A DNA stretch of 64,000 bases from Oikopleura dioica (lineage: Eukaryota; Animalia; Chordata), in contig OU015570.1 of the NCBI GenBank assembly GCA_907165135.1, positions 62,001-126,000 on the forward strand, given 5' to 3'. Positions 10,926-23,869 of this stretch are shown piece by piece (the stretch's first letter is position 1; each line of letters starts with the position of its first letter). The notes beneath the pieces were generated by a model. That model searched no databases. It was not told the origin of the DNA and worked only from the letters and a program-made list of their open reading frames with translations. Made by a program: the position numbers and the translations under genes.

Positions 10926-11336
10926 GATCATTTGATCAAGTTTGAAGTTATAAGAGAATCAGCGTTACGATAATTGGGTTGTTTTCATTAATTTTTATCA
11001 GTTGACTATTTAAATGTTTTTCTTTTGACGATTAAATGAAATAAAAATACGGGTTGAAGGAGGGTTAAATAAATATTTATTTAGTGAATAATTATGACGA
11101 TTAGCGATTACAGAACCGATATTGAAAGATCAAAGCTGCTCGACCTTCCATATTTTCTTGAAATAGCCACTCATGGAGCTTTTGTTCTGGTTCAAGATGG
11201 GCGACAATGGAAGTCAATCAATTCGATATTCAGATTGTAAAAAAGCCTTACAAATATTGTCGAATCCTTATGGGGTCAATGAAGTTCGGACGCTAGAAAC
11301 GAGCGACGGGGAATTAGCTGTTGATACGGCTATTAT

Positions 11337-11513
11337 TAGGGCCCGCACGGTGGGATTTCGGTCAAAATTCAGTTATTTATTTCGATTTTTTATCTCGGGT
11401 ATCGATTAGTCATCACTTGAGGAGAATTTTGTTCAATTACTAACACCCTCACAAAATTTCATCCGAAACAGTCAACGGGAAAAATTTGACGAAATCCCAC
11501 CGTGCGGGCCCTA
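11337..11513. mobile_element. hAT-like MITE (second copy 20661-20839)
   Basis: 8-bp TSD GCTATTAT; TIR TAGGGCCCGCACGGTGGGATTTCG. Confidence 0.9.
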
Positions 11514-11863
11514 GCTATTATGCTTGATGCGTTTTTTGAAAACATGGAAGAATACGAAATATCGAGGGACACATTTTATGATTAGAAGTCGCTGAAACTG
11601 GGTAAAAGGGACATATCCTCTATGAATTTTCGGGCTCTAGATCTTATGTATGAGGGATTTTACGAGAACTTTAAATTTGAAACAAGGGAAAAATCGCATT
11701 TTCAAATGTTGAAGGAAGCGAGGGGCAGTTCAATATGCGTAAAAGTGGCTTAAACATAATCGAATAAAAATGCGATGTTTGGATTATGTGGGAAGAAATA
11801 TGGCTCTGTTGTTATCCAATTTGCTTCTGCTGGAATCAATTCTATTCAATGGATCTTTTTATG

Positions 11864-12122
11864 GGGGACGGGCAGCTACGTTACAAATTTGTAACGCCGT
11901 TACAATTTTGTAACGCCGTTACAAAATTGAGATTTTTACGCAATAAAAATAATTTTCTACTCCGCAATTCTTATTATTTTGGATAGAATAAGCAATAAGG
12001 TATACCAAAAGTAGTTTCTTTCAATTCAAGCGCGAAGCGCACACTCGTTCAATGATTTCGATTTTGAATTTTGGTAACGCCGTTACAATTTTAGCTACTT
12101 GTAACGTAGCCGCCCTACACCC
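11864..12122. mobile_element. MITE with internal GTAACGGCGTTAC palindromes (copies 19098-19359, 21190-21451 and in both palindrome arms)
   Basis: Termini GGGGACGGGC / GCCCTACACCC. The copy at 19098 has a 9-bp TSD CTTTATTTC; here the TSD is degenerate (7/9). Confidence 0.8.
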
Positions 12123-12397
12123 CATTTTATCTTTTGGCGCTACTTGCTTTATGGAAATATCGACATTCAAATTGGTTGTTATTTATCGACGTTTATTTGC
12201 TCTTGGTGCTATTTCTATCTGGACAGTCGTAATGGTTTGGATTTATAGTGATGCTTGCTTTGGCTTTTTACATTTACTTGCTTTGGATTGCGATGCATGA
12301 TTTACAACAACATTTGAGGAGAGGAAGGGTTTGTGGATGCAATTTATCTCGACTAAGATGAGCGCTTACTCGGCCAGTACAAGTACTAGTCAAGAAC

Positions 12398-12921
12398 GGT
12401 TGAATCTTCCAACCTTTCGGGATCCCCAATGTTTCGGGATTTCCCGAAACATTCGCAGTGAAAATGGGCCTTTTTGTCTTCTAACCTTTCGGGGATGATT
12501 TTTGAATGATTTCTGTCCGAGAAAATATCTAAAGCAAAATAGTAACGTCTAAGTACATCTTTATTGAAGCAAATGAAGGCACGAAGGAAAAAAATAATTT
12601 ACACGAATAATTGGATTTATAACTCATGAAGTTCTCTATAAGACAGGCGCGGAGCGCACACATTCTCTTTGACTGCAAATTCACAATTGAAACAAGGTAT
12701 GGCCTTCTTAGACCATCGAATTTGACGAAGGCAGCTAGAGTTATCTTTTTGATAAGTAAAATGCCCGAATTCGGCATTTATACCCTTTTTATAACCGAAA
12801 TTCCCGAATGATTCGGGCGATCCCGAAAGGTTCGGGAATTCCCGAAAGATTCGGGAGTATTCCCGAAAGATTCGGGAAATCCCGAAACATTCGGGATCCC
12901 GAAAGGTTGGAAGTGACGACC
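12398..12921. mobile_element. Mutator-like MITE rich in TTCGGGA/TCCCGAA (copy 21728-22253)
   Basis: 9-bp TSD GTCAAGAAC; GGT...ACC ends; subterminal inverted CTTCCAACCTTTCGGGATCCC. Confidence 0.85.
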
Positions 12922-12996
12922 GTCAAGAACTACTGAAGGTCGAAGATCCTTGCTCGATTTTATACTAGGGCTGCGGTGAAGTCCACTAAATGGATC

Positions 12997-14560
12997 GGGG
13001 TTTCCTTACTTGGTGAAATTCCTTACTTGGTAAAATTCCTTACATGGTAAAATTCCTTACTTGGTAAAATTTTTCTTTACCAAGTAAGGAATTTTACCAA
13101 GTAAGGAATTTTGAAGCGAAAATATTCGAAAACAAAAATTGACCATATTGACATGAAAAGTATTCTCTGCGACCCCCTCTCCGAGACAATTTTTCACATC
13201 TCAATTTTTCTCAAATTTATGTTTCGGTATTATTTTTAAACAGTGAAGCGAATTCGCTTTCGCTTCGCTTCGTACTGGAGAGCAGAATTCGCTTCGCAAA
13301 AATTCCCAAATTTTCGCTTAAATTTTTGAAAAGCAAGCGGCTTCGAAATTCGGAGGATTCTTAATAAATGAGTTGGAAAGGGGCATTTTTGATGCTCTTT
13401 TTGCGCGAAGAGCCTTGCTATAAATTCAAATTTTCTCCGTCTTGTCAAGACGAGTCTAATGGTGGGTCTAATTCTTGATAAATCCAAGGATTGACTGGTT
13501 AGCAAGCTGGTTACCGGAAAACACGTTGTCACCAGCCGTTCTTATTGTAAGTTTAATAGAATATAATTTGAATGGTCAGAAGGATATTTATGAACAGGGC
13601 TTATCTAGAATCGAAGATGACCGCCATATGATATGGCGGCCATATCTCATTTGAAATGAGTCATTTCCCATCTAGCAGGGGTGACCGTTCGGGCAAGAAA
13701 TCGTCGGTTGGCCGTCCGAACGCCCGGTTAAAATCAAGGTCCAAGAGTCGCGCCTTCCGAATGCCCGGCCGAGCCGAGGTGCCCGAACCAGAGTTCGAAA
13801 TTTGTTGGCCACGACTGCCACTGGCAGCTGCCAATTTCGGCAGTCACATGGCAGTGGCAGTTAAATTTTTCAAGGGCTGCCAGTTACTGGCAGCTGCCAA
13901 GCTACTGCCACTTCGAAAGATATTAATTTCTTTATAAATTTTTCTTTCTAGAACCACAAAAAAACAACGCTTATAATCCAAATTCACTCCCGAGACCTAT
14001 ATTATTCAATCTTTATAATCAAAAGAGACATTTATGTCTTAGATATCGTTTCTTTTATATGTTTTTCTTGTCAAAAAGATTGTTTTGAACTTAGTTTGAT
14101 TTTAAAAATTTTTAAAACTAATATTGAAATTGGCATCTTTTGGCAGTCGACTGGCAGCTGCCGATTTTGGCAACCACTTAGCAGTGGCAGGTTTCAGATT
14201 TCGAACTCTGCCCCGAACTGCTCGAAGATACCCAAAAAATTTGCTGTGGGCTTGACCAACTGCCCGAAAGCGCCGAACTGCCCGAAAGTGCCCATCTTCA
14301 AGTTTGGCACAATGCAATGCCAAATGCCCACTCTTGCCCAAATTATTGATCAGCAAAAATTTGTCTCTGAGGGGGGTCGCACAGAATATAAAATCATGTC
14401 AATATGCTAGATTTTTGTTTTTGAATATTTTTCGTTTCAAAATTCCTTACATGGTAAAATTCCTTACTTGGTAAAATTCCTTACTTGGTAAAGAAAAAAA
14501 GGAATTTTACCATGTAAGGAATTTTACCAAGTAAGGAATTTTACCAAGTAAGGAAACACC
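12997..14560. mobile_element. Foldback composite, family B (17-bp unit CCTTACTTGGTAAAATT); truncated copy 22329-23844
   Basis: 9-bp TSD AAATGGATC (12988-12996, 14561-14569). Each end holds the unit in both orientations, and the cargo is pieces of other repeats. Confidence 0.88.
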
Positions 14561-14569
14561 AAATGGATC

Positions 14570-14990
14570 ACCTAACTTCTAGATAACAATTCGCTATCCC
14601 AGTAGTACGAGTACTCAAGGGATGTTTGATAGAGAACTCGAAATGAGTTCGTTTGAAGTTGCAATAGATGCTGTGTTGTTGAGTATGCTGTGTTGGGAAG
14701 ATGCTGAGTAAAAGGCTGATGTTTGTTTTTGGGTTTCTGTAGTAGAAGTAATTGTATTCAGAATCGGAGCAGTTTATATAGTAACAGGAAAGGGAGGCGG
14801 TAGAGAGTAACAGGAGAATTTGACAATAGGATCAGGATGGAGCTGGAATTGTGATGAGCGTTAGCGCGCGCCGCGGGCCGGATGTGAAAAGGCGGCGGGC
14901 GTCCATTGTTATTGTGATCGAGATGACTCCTGATGCGATGAGTCATAGGATAGGACTTTGCGAAGATGGGCAAAAGGACATGGGCGTAAA
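14570..14990 (-). mobile_element. GC-richer LTR/UTR-like retroelement fragment (diverged paralogue ~47193-48060, +)
   Basis: 14810-14990 matches the reverse complement of 47210-47240 plus 47914-48055. TATATAAA is on the minus strand at ~14772-14779. No paired LTR or PBS was found. Confidence 0.4.
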
Positions 14991-15021
14991 GTGAAGTAAA
15001 GTTTGATTTTTACAGGCCATA

Positions 15022-15107
15022 TCGACTATCAGCGCTTGTCTGCTAGCGCACGCCTCCACACCGATAAGCTCAACCGGGGAGCCTTTCTGTTCATTCTGTT
15101 CAATATA
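15022..15107. repeat. 86-bp sequence identical to the reverse complement of 55713-55798
   Basis: Base-for-base match read directly; flanks are unrelated. Confidence 0.85.
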
Positions 15108-17233
15108 TATGTCTTACCGAGCCACAGCATTTACTTTGAAATGAACAACGATATTGAGATATACACAACTAGCCGCTCCTTGCAGTCCAGAGATCAGATT
15201 TTAGCCACGTAACAGACGTTTTTAAAATTTCGAGTCAAAAACGTGTCTTCTTAAGAAAATACTATAAAGTTAGCGTTTTCTTGATTTCGGTTCGCAGATT
15301 AGATTCCGGAATTAAATTGTTGATTTACAGAAAAATTATTAATATAAAGCAAATTTGGAGCTCCCAATTTTCTCTCAGTCCCAGAAACTTATGCTCCTGC
15401 TCCCTACCTGCTCCAAGAAAGTGAAGGCTCCCAGAGGAGACTCCCAATTTCGCTCCCATAGAGTCCGAACTCTGGCTAACATTCAGGAAAATTTTTTGTT
15501 TCGCAAATTTATAAATTTTTTCCGTATTCTTCCTTGATCTTCTTTTCAAATTGCTCCATTGATGAAATCTTCGAATTATGAGACATTTAAAACCTTCGTT
15601 TCGATGTAGAATCCAAGATTTTGAACCGCTGATCATAAAGTCGAGAAAATGTCCGCGTCGGAATGTCTATTCCATCATGTTTCTTTCGAAAAAGCCAATT
15701 GATAATCTTCTTTGCATCACTCTTCTTCGGCGTCTTAAAGAGAATAAAAAATATCCTAAGGTTTGATTCAAAGAGCGCAATCAATTTTTACAATTCATAC
15801 TTGGTTCGTGCGAGAAATTTCTGATAAGATCCCCGCCCTTCATTTTTGATTCCCATGATTCAGTCCCTTACTCCAGAAATAGAAAAATTTTAGCGTCATC
15901 CAACTCAGTTGGAAAATCACCAAACTTAAGCCTTTACATAATAATTAAAATCAAACTAGGTTCAAACTTTTCTAGTTAAACATAATAGAGACTTAAATTT
16001 TAGGTTCTAAAAGAAACATACGATAAATTTTGAGATTGAAAGTCGTCTCTTCTGAAGAGCTATCCGCGGAATATACATTATTATTCAGATTATGGGTCTC
16101 TAGAATGAAGCAATCTAATTGTTTATCATCAAAAAAATAACATTTTACCAAAAAAATTTTGGTCTAGAAACCACCTCAAGCATCTCACCTCGACATCACC
16201 TCGCGGTTTGAGTGCGATTTTTGAAACCACCCCAGCCCACCTCGAAAAAATCCATAACTCGGTAGAAGATTGTTGGAAAAGGAACAATTTTTTTCTAGAA
16301 TGTTTTTTTCCAAAAAATATGCCGAGAATACATTTGTGAAAACGATCTATCGTAAGAGATTATTTTTATCCACTTACTGATTAAAACGTCTCCTTTGAAA
16401 ACTGAAAGTACTCATTTGCTTTGAAGAAATCAAGTTTGATTTTAAAAATTTGCGAAAAAAAAATTTTCTTTAATTGTTGCCAGAGTTCGGAATCTTTCGG
16501 ATCGAAATTGGAAGCTTCCCTATTTTGGACGCAGGAGCAAAAGTTTTTCGGACTAAGAGTAAATTGGGAGCTCCCAATTTGCTCCAAGTTTTTTGAAAAT
16601 CAACAATTTTAGTCCGGAATCTTATCTGCGAACAAAAACTAAGGAAACGCTTACTTCATACTATTTTCTTTAAAAGACGCGTTTTTTCCACTCGAAATTT
16701 TTGAAAACGTCTCTTGAAAAATTTTTTTATAAATCGCCCAAATGACATATAGTTTGATTTAAATAATATCAGCAAAATGTGTGTTTCGCCGAGAAGAGAC
16801 GTTTTTTGGTTCGTTTATATTTTTTAAAATCACTTGAAATTCAATTTAAATACAGTTTTTTATGGAATTTTTGGACATCAAATTTTAGGACATTTTTGCT
16901 ATTTTAAGGGATCCTCCCCCGGAATCGCCAACTTTGACTTGAGATAAATTTTGTTTGGCATTGTGAATTTATCTTATTTCGATTGCATATGAAAGTTTAT
17001 GCCTTCATTGCAATTTGCAAGTAGCTTTAGCTCTTTTCGGAATGCCAAACGTGCCACCAGAGGCTCTTGAAAAATTCGAATTTTCAGAAAACGCCTTTTT
17101 GGGGTGTTTTCAAGCCGAAATATAATTTTATTTGGCGTTTGTTTTGCTCTTAAAACTTGCAGACTAGAAAGAATAGACGCTTATTGGAATTTGCAAGTAG
17201 CTTTAGCATGATTCAATGAATTCTTCACTGGAC

Positions 17234-17545
17234 TCATCTCTCCGACTTCAACTCTTCAACTGAAGATTCTCGAAACGTCTCTAGAATCTGGGGAGCTGTG
17301 AGGTCTAAGTGCTTAAGTCGGTTAGAGATCTGATCAGGATCTCGCGCCGCGCTCTTCTCTGCCACTTTTACGTTCACTGCTTCAGTCCAAGCACAGTTAA
17401 AGTGCGCAATACACGTTTTATCGGAAACCACTTTCCTCGTGTTTATATTGAAGATATAGCAGAGGCTACGACTAGCTGATAAAGAGAACCGTCTAGTATA
17501 GAGAGCATACAGCAGTACTTAGACGCTTACATTTTCGATAATCCG
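17234..17545 (-). pseudogene. Spliced gene fragment of unknown product
   Basis: The minus strand shows GTAAGC...TTTATCAG intron signals followed by a stop-free frame (..LCYIFNINTRKVVSDKTCIAHFNCAWTEAV..LKSER-TGA). Confidence 0.35.
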
Positions 17546-18940
17546 ATGAATTTGTTGTTTTTTTCTAGAACATGTTTTTTTGCTTTTTTTGGCAACGACA
17601 TTCACGACATTCGCGACATTCACGACATTCACGACATAGTCAGGGCGTGCCCTTTTCAAACGTGCCCGTGTCATATTTTTGGACATTTTCTGCGCCTAAT
17701 TTTTAAATTTTCTGTTTTTTTTTTTGCCAGATACCAAAAGTGAAGTTTTTTCTTATTAAAAATCTTACTTTTTCTTTGAGAAAGATAAGATTGAAGGTTG
17801 ATCTCGTACCCCTAAAACATTTTTTGTCTTTAGAAGAAGGATTAAACAAAGAATGATGGAGATTTTCCTCAAAAATAATTTTTTAAGCGATTTGGATGGG
17901 ACATTTTTTTTGGCCGCGCGTATCAAATTTTTGGACATTTTTGCGAAAATCTTGGGACAAAAAATGTCCAAAAATTCGATAATTAACTGTAAATATAGTA
18001 AAAAAATGGTCGGTTAACATATATGAAGTACTCAATTATTGGTTATAAATTACTAAATATTATTATAAATTTATATTATTATAAATTACTTTAAATTTTT
18101 GGAAGCAGGTAGCAGCTTCATTTCTTCGGATTGCGATTTCTGCTCGTGACCTCATATCGCCTCTAAAATTTGGTTAATAATCGAGTTTCTAGAATGAAAT
18201 TTTCTTACCTTCGTTTCGTGAGGAAAAAAATGTCTTACTGACTAACCGTAGGGAGTTTCCTTACCTCGACCAAATCCTTACCTCGACCAGATCCTTACCT
18301 CGACCAAAATCCTTACCACGACCAGATTCCGAGAATGGTCGACGTAAGGATTTGGTCGAGGTAAGGAAACCGATAGGAAAATATTTTCAAAAACAAAAAA
18401 TGAAACTGGTCGCAAAAAATTAACCGCACTTTACCCCCCTCTGAGTATAAAATTTTGGAAATTTATTTTTTTTTAATAATTTTTACAAATTATAAGTTTG
18501 ATGCATGTCACCAGCTGATGGAGAAAGCTTGGTTATTGAGAAAGAATCATTTAATTCAATAATAAATAAATAAAAAACCGTATTTTAATGATGAAACGGG
18601 GAGAAACGAAAAAAATCGCTCGGTTTTTGGTCGAGTTTGGTGGGTACCCAACATTGACTTGTAGTCGATATTCGGTGGAAGGTTAGGTGGTGGGTTTTTG
18701 TTTATTTTTGCGAAAAATTTAAGAAGAAAAATTACGGGGCGCCCTGGTTATGTCGCCGATTGCCGCTGAATGTCGCCATTTTTTGTTTTTGTCCAAAATT
18801 ATAAAGTTTTTACCGAAACTGTCAAAACGAATTGGCTCTAGAAATTGACAGAGTTAAAGAAGGCGTGAAAATAGACGTGTAACCTGCTCGACTAGGGAGG
18901 TTCCTATCACAAACTGCGCGGAGCGCTTCCTTCTTTCATA

Positions 18941-19931
18941 CAGTTTGAAGCACTTTTAAGGCCGACCCTTTTAAGGCCACTTTTTCGAAAAATTCCCGAA
19001 ATCTGTCATCCTAAAAAAATCCACTTTAAGGCCATTTTCCCTTCAATTTCAGTTCAAAATCCGAAAGTTACAGTGTCACTTGAAAAAGCTTTATTTCGGG
19101 TGTAGGGCGGCTACGTTACAAATAGTTAAAATTGTAACAGCGTTACAAAAATTCAAAATCAAAATCATTGAACGAGTGGGCGCTTCGCGCCTGAATTAAA
19201 GGAAACTACACTTTGGCACACCTTATCGCTTATTCTGTCCAAAATAATAAGAATTACGGAATGGAAAATAATTTGTATTGCGAAAAAAATCTGAATTCTT
19301 GTAACGGCGTTACAAAATTGTAACGGCGTTACAAATTTGTAACGTAGCCGCCCGTCCCCCTTTATTTCTTCGACTGCGTGATGCCTTGTGTTTTTATCTT
19401 TATTTTTCTTTTCGGTATTTTCCGATGTTTTTTTTCTCGACTTTTTCAATTAACGATAATTTCTCGGAATGTCTTAACCATTTTTTTTCGAAAAAGCTCA
19501 GCAATTGTCTTCTTCACGTCACTATTCTTTGACGTCTTCACTAAAATCTCTTTATATCTTTTTTCTAAGCATTTGCCGTGTTTTTTCTTTTTTAAGACAT
19601 GCTTTACGAATATCACTTTTGAAAAAATGAAAGAAAGAATCATGTTGAGTTCAATTTAAAGGACACATTCTGAAAAGGCTACGATTCATACTTTGTTCGG
19701 CCGAAAAAAATAATACTATTTCTATTTTTTAGGAAATAAGTTGAAAGTATATTCCGAAAACAGTGAAAGAAAGTTAAGTTCCAAATAATTTTATGAACCC
19801 TCATTTATCTTTTTTTCCAAAGAAAGTAAAAAATTTGTTGTCATCCGACTCGAGACAAAAAATATCCATTTTAAGGCCACTTTTGAAATTCGCTGTCATC
19901 CGAAAATCGGCCTTAAAAGTGCTTCACACTG
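18941..19931. mobile_element. Tc1/pogo-type MITE (same TIR family as 2264-2763) with nested MITE; copies 35827-36802 and 38077-39053
   Basis: TA TSD; CAGT(T/G)TGAAGCAC TIR; empty sites at ~7290 and ~49280. Confidence 0.88.
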
Positions 19932-20397
19932 TACTTATTTGATGATTACATTCACAAAAAAAATGTTTGTACTTCAAAAAAACTCAATTTTTGAGGGACT
20001 TCTAGTCTTGGGCACTTTCGCCTAAAATCTCTAGAACATGTTGTTTATGTTTTTTATCTCTACAAAATTGCCTTTTTGGCGACATTCCGGGTACCCTCCC
20101 AATCCCTGGGCAAAATGGAAAACCCAGGGATTCGGAGGGTCAAATCCGAAATGTTCTAGAAATGTCTTTTAGCTGTTTTACAGCAGATTCATTAATTAGT
20201 TTTCTCTAATAATTGGTTAGGGTTAAAAGAAAAAACGACTTAAGCGAGCGTATTATATTTTCTAAAAGTAAATATTTATAAGCATTCATTATTGGTTAAA
20301 TTGAAATAATTTTTACGCCTGAAATCTTCTTTTATATCTTCTGATAGTAATTTCGAAAAAAATGTCGGTCGGAAAATTACTTTTTGCTTTCATTCAA

Positions 20398-23300
20398 TTT
20401 ATTTAGTGAATAATTATGACGATTAGCGATTACAGAACCGATATTGAAAGATCAAAGCTGCTCGACCTTCCATATTTTCTTGAAATAGCCACTCATGGAG
20501 CTTTTTGTTCTGGTTCAAGATGGGCGACAATGGAAGTCAATCAATTCGATATTCAGATTGTAAAAAAAGCCTTACAAATATTGTCGAATCCTTATGGGGT
20601 CAATGAAGTTCGGACGCTAGAAACGAGCGACGGGGAATTAGCTGTTGATACGGCTATTATTAGGGCCCGCACGGTGGGATTTCGGTCAAAATTCAGTTAT
20701 TTATTTCGATTTTTTTTATCTCGGGTATCGATTAGTCATCACTTGAGGAGAATTTTGTTCAATTACTAACACCCTCACAAAATTTCATCCGAAACAGTCA
20801 ACGGGAAAAATTTGACGAAATCCCACCGTGCGGGCCCTAGCTATTATGCTTGATGCGTTTTTTGAAAACATGGAAGAATACGAAATATCGAGGGACACAT
20901 TTTATGATTAGAAGTCGCTGAAACTGGGTAAAAGGGACATATCCTCTATGAATTTTCGGGCTCTAGATCTTATGTATGAGGGATTTTACGAGAACTTTAA
21001 ATTTGAAACAAGGGAAAAATCGCATTTTCAAATGTTGAAGGAAGCGAGGGGCAGTTCAATATGCGTAAAAGTGGCTTAAACATAATCGAATAAAAATGCG
21101 ATGTTTGGATTATGTGGGAAGAAATATGGCTCTGTTGTTATCCAATTTGCTTCTGCTGGAATCAATTCTATTCAATGGATCTTTTTATGGGGGACGGGCA
21201 GCTACGTTACAAATTTGTAACGCCGTTACAATTTTGTAACGCCGTTACAAAAATTGAGATTTTTTACGCAATAAAAATAATTTTCTACTCCGCAATTCTT
21301 ATTATTTTGGATAGAATAAGCAATAAGGTATACCAAAAAGTAGTTTCTTTCAATTCAAGCGCGAAGCGCACACTCGTTCAATGATTTCGATTTTGAATTT
21401 TGGTAACGCCGTTACAATTTTAGCTACTTGTAACGTAGCCGCCCTACACCCCATTTTATCTTTTTGGCGCTACTTGCTTTATGGAAATATCGACATTCAA
21501 ATTGGTTGTTATTTATCGACGTTTATTTGCTCTTGGTGCTATTTCTATCTGGACAGTCGTAATGGTTTGGATTTATAGTGATGCTTGCTTTGGCTTTTTA
21601 CATTTACTTGCTTTGGATTGCGATGCATGATTTACAACAACATTTGAGGAGAGGAAGGGTTTGTGGATGCAATTTATCTCGACTAAGATGAGCGCTTACT
21701 CGGCCAGTACAAGTACTAGTCAAGAACGGTTGAATCTTCCAACCTTTCGGGATCCCCAATGTTTCGGGATTTCCCGAAACATTCGCAGTGAAAATGGGCC
21801 TTTTTGTCTTCTAACCTTTCGGGGATGATTTTTGAATGATTTCTGTCCGAGAAAATATCTAAAGCAAAATAGTAACGTCTAAGTACATCTTTATTGAAGC
21901 AAATGAAGGCACGAAGGAAAAAAATAATTTACACGAATAATTGGATTTATAACTCATGAAGTTCTCTATAAGACAGGCGCGGAGCGCACACATTCTCTTT
22001 GACTGCAAATTCACAATTGAAACAAGGTATGGCCTTCTTAGACCATCGAATTTGACGAAGGCAGCTAGAGTTATCTTTTTGATAAGTAAAATGCCCGAAT
22101 TCGGCATTTATACCCTTTTTTTATAACCGAAATTCCCGAATGATTCGGGCGATCCCGAAAGGTTCGGGAATTCCCGAAAGATTCGGGAGTATTCCCGAAA
22201 GATTCGGGAAATCCCGAAACATTCGGGATCCCGAAAGGTTGGAAGTGACGACCGTCAAGAACTACTGAAGGTCGAAGATCCTTGCTCGATTTTATACTAG
22301 GGCTGCGGTGAAGTCCACTAAATGGATCGGGGTTTCCTTACTTGGTGAAATTCCTTACTTGGTAAAATTCCTTACATGGTAAAATTCCTTACTTGGTAAA
22401 ATTTTTTTTCTTTACCAAGTAAGGAATTTTACCAAGTAAGGAATTTTGAAGCGAAAAATATTCGAAAACAAAAATTGACCATATTGACATGAAAAGTATT
22501 CTCTGCGACCCCCTCTCCGAGACAATTTTTCACATCTCAATTTTTCTCAAATTTATGTTTCGGTATTATTTTTTTTAAACAGTGAAGCGAATTCGCTTTC
22601 GCTTCGCTTCGTACTGGAGAGCAGAATTCGCTTCGCAAAAATTCCCAAATTTTCGCTTAAATTTTTGAAAAGCAAGCGGCTTCGAAATTCGGAGGATTCT
22701 TAATAAATGAGTTGGAAAGGGGCATTTTTGATGCTCTTTTTGCGCGAAGAGCCTTGCTATAAATTCAAATTTTCTCCGTCTTGTCAAGACGAGTCTAATG
22801 GTGGGTCTAATTCTTGATAAATCCAAGGATTGACTGGTTAGCAAGCTGGTTACCGGAAAACACGTTGTCACCAGCCGTTCTTATTGTAAGTTTAATAGAA
22901 TATAATTTGAATGGTCAGAAGGATATTTATGAACAGGGCTTATCTAGAATCGAAGATGACCGCCATATGATATGGCGGCCATATCTCATTTGAAATGAGT
23001 CATTTCCCATCTAGCAGGGGTGACCGTTCGGGCAAGAAATCGTCGGTTGGCCGTCCGAACGCCCGGTTAAAATCAAGGTCCAAGAGTCGCGCCTTCCGAA
23101 TGCCCGGCCGAGCCGAGGTGCCCGAACCAGAGTTCGAAATTTGTTGGCCACGACTGCCACTGGCAGCTGCCAATTTCGGCAGTCACATGGCAGTGGCAGT
23201 TAAATTTTTCAAGGGCTGCCAGTTACTGGCAGCTGCCAAGCTACTGCCACTTCGAAAGATATTAATTTCTTTATAAATTTTTCTTTCTAGAACCACAAAA

Positions 23301-23844
23301 ACAACGCTTATAATCCAAATTCACTCCCGAGACCTATATTATTCAATCTTTATAATCAAAAGAGACATTTATGTCTTAGATATCGTTTCTTTTATATGTT
23401 TTTCTTGTCAAAAGATTGTTTTGAACTTAGTTTGATTTTAAAAATTTTTAAAACTAATATTGAAATTGGCATCTTTTGGCAGTCGACTGGCAGCTGCCGA
23501 TTTTGGCAACCACTTAGCAGTGGCAGGTTTCAGATTTCGAACTCTGCCCCGAACTGCTCGAAGATACCCAAAAAATTTGCTGTGGGCTTGACCAACTGCC
23601 CGAAAGCGCCGAACTGCCCGAAAGTGCCCATCTTCAAGTTTGGCACAATGCAATGCCAAATGCCCACTCTTGCCCAAATTATTGATCAGCAAAAATTTGT
23701 CTCTGAGGGGGTCGCACAGAATATAAAATCATGTCAATATGCTAGATTTTTCTTTTTGAATATTTTTCGTTTCAAAATTCCTTACATGGTAAAATTCCTT
23801 ACTTGGTAAAATTCCTTACTTGGTAAAGAAAAAAAGGAATTTTA
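20398..23844. repeat. Direct segmental duplication, copy 2
   Basis: Matches 11077-14509; it ends inside the right foldback module. Confidence 0.93.
20416..21691 (+). pseudogene. Unknown soluble ORF followed by a multi-pass membrane ORF (other copy 11094-12361)
   Basis: After removing MITE 20661-20839 the frame reads MTISDYRTD...AVDTAIMLDAFFENMEEYEISRDTFYD*KSLKLG...CVKVA*. Then MFGLCGKKYG...IQWI, and after MITE 21190-21451 a hydrophobic frame FLALLALWKYRH..LLLVLFLSGQS*WFGFIVMLALAFYIYLLWIAM (needs one extra T in a T run). Confidence 0.55.
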
Positions 23845-23869
23845 AAAGACTGCAAAAAAGAATCATTTT

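Larger units (their letters stand above)
11077..14509. repeat. Direct segmental duplication, copy 1 (partner 20398-23844)
   Basis: Identical track ORFs at 12529/21859, 13236/22575 and 13656/22995; differences are mainly homopolymer lengths. Confidence 0.93.

Noticed and set aside
15578-15766. Repeated ORF MRHLKPSF... as a multicopy gene
   Set aside because: It is the antisense shadow of the pogo HTH relic.
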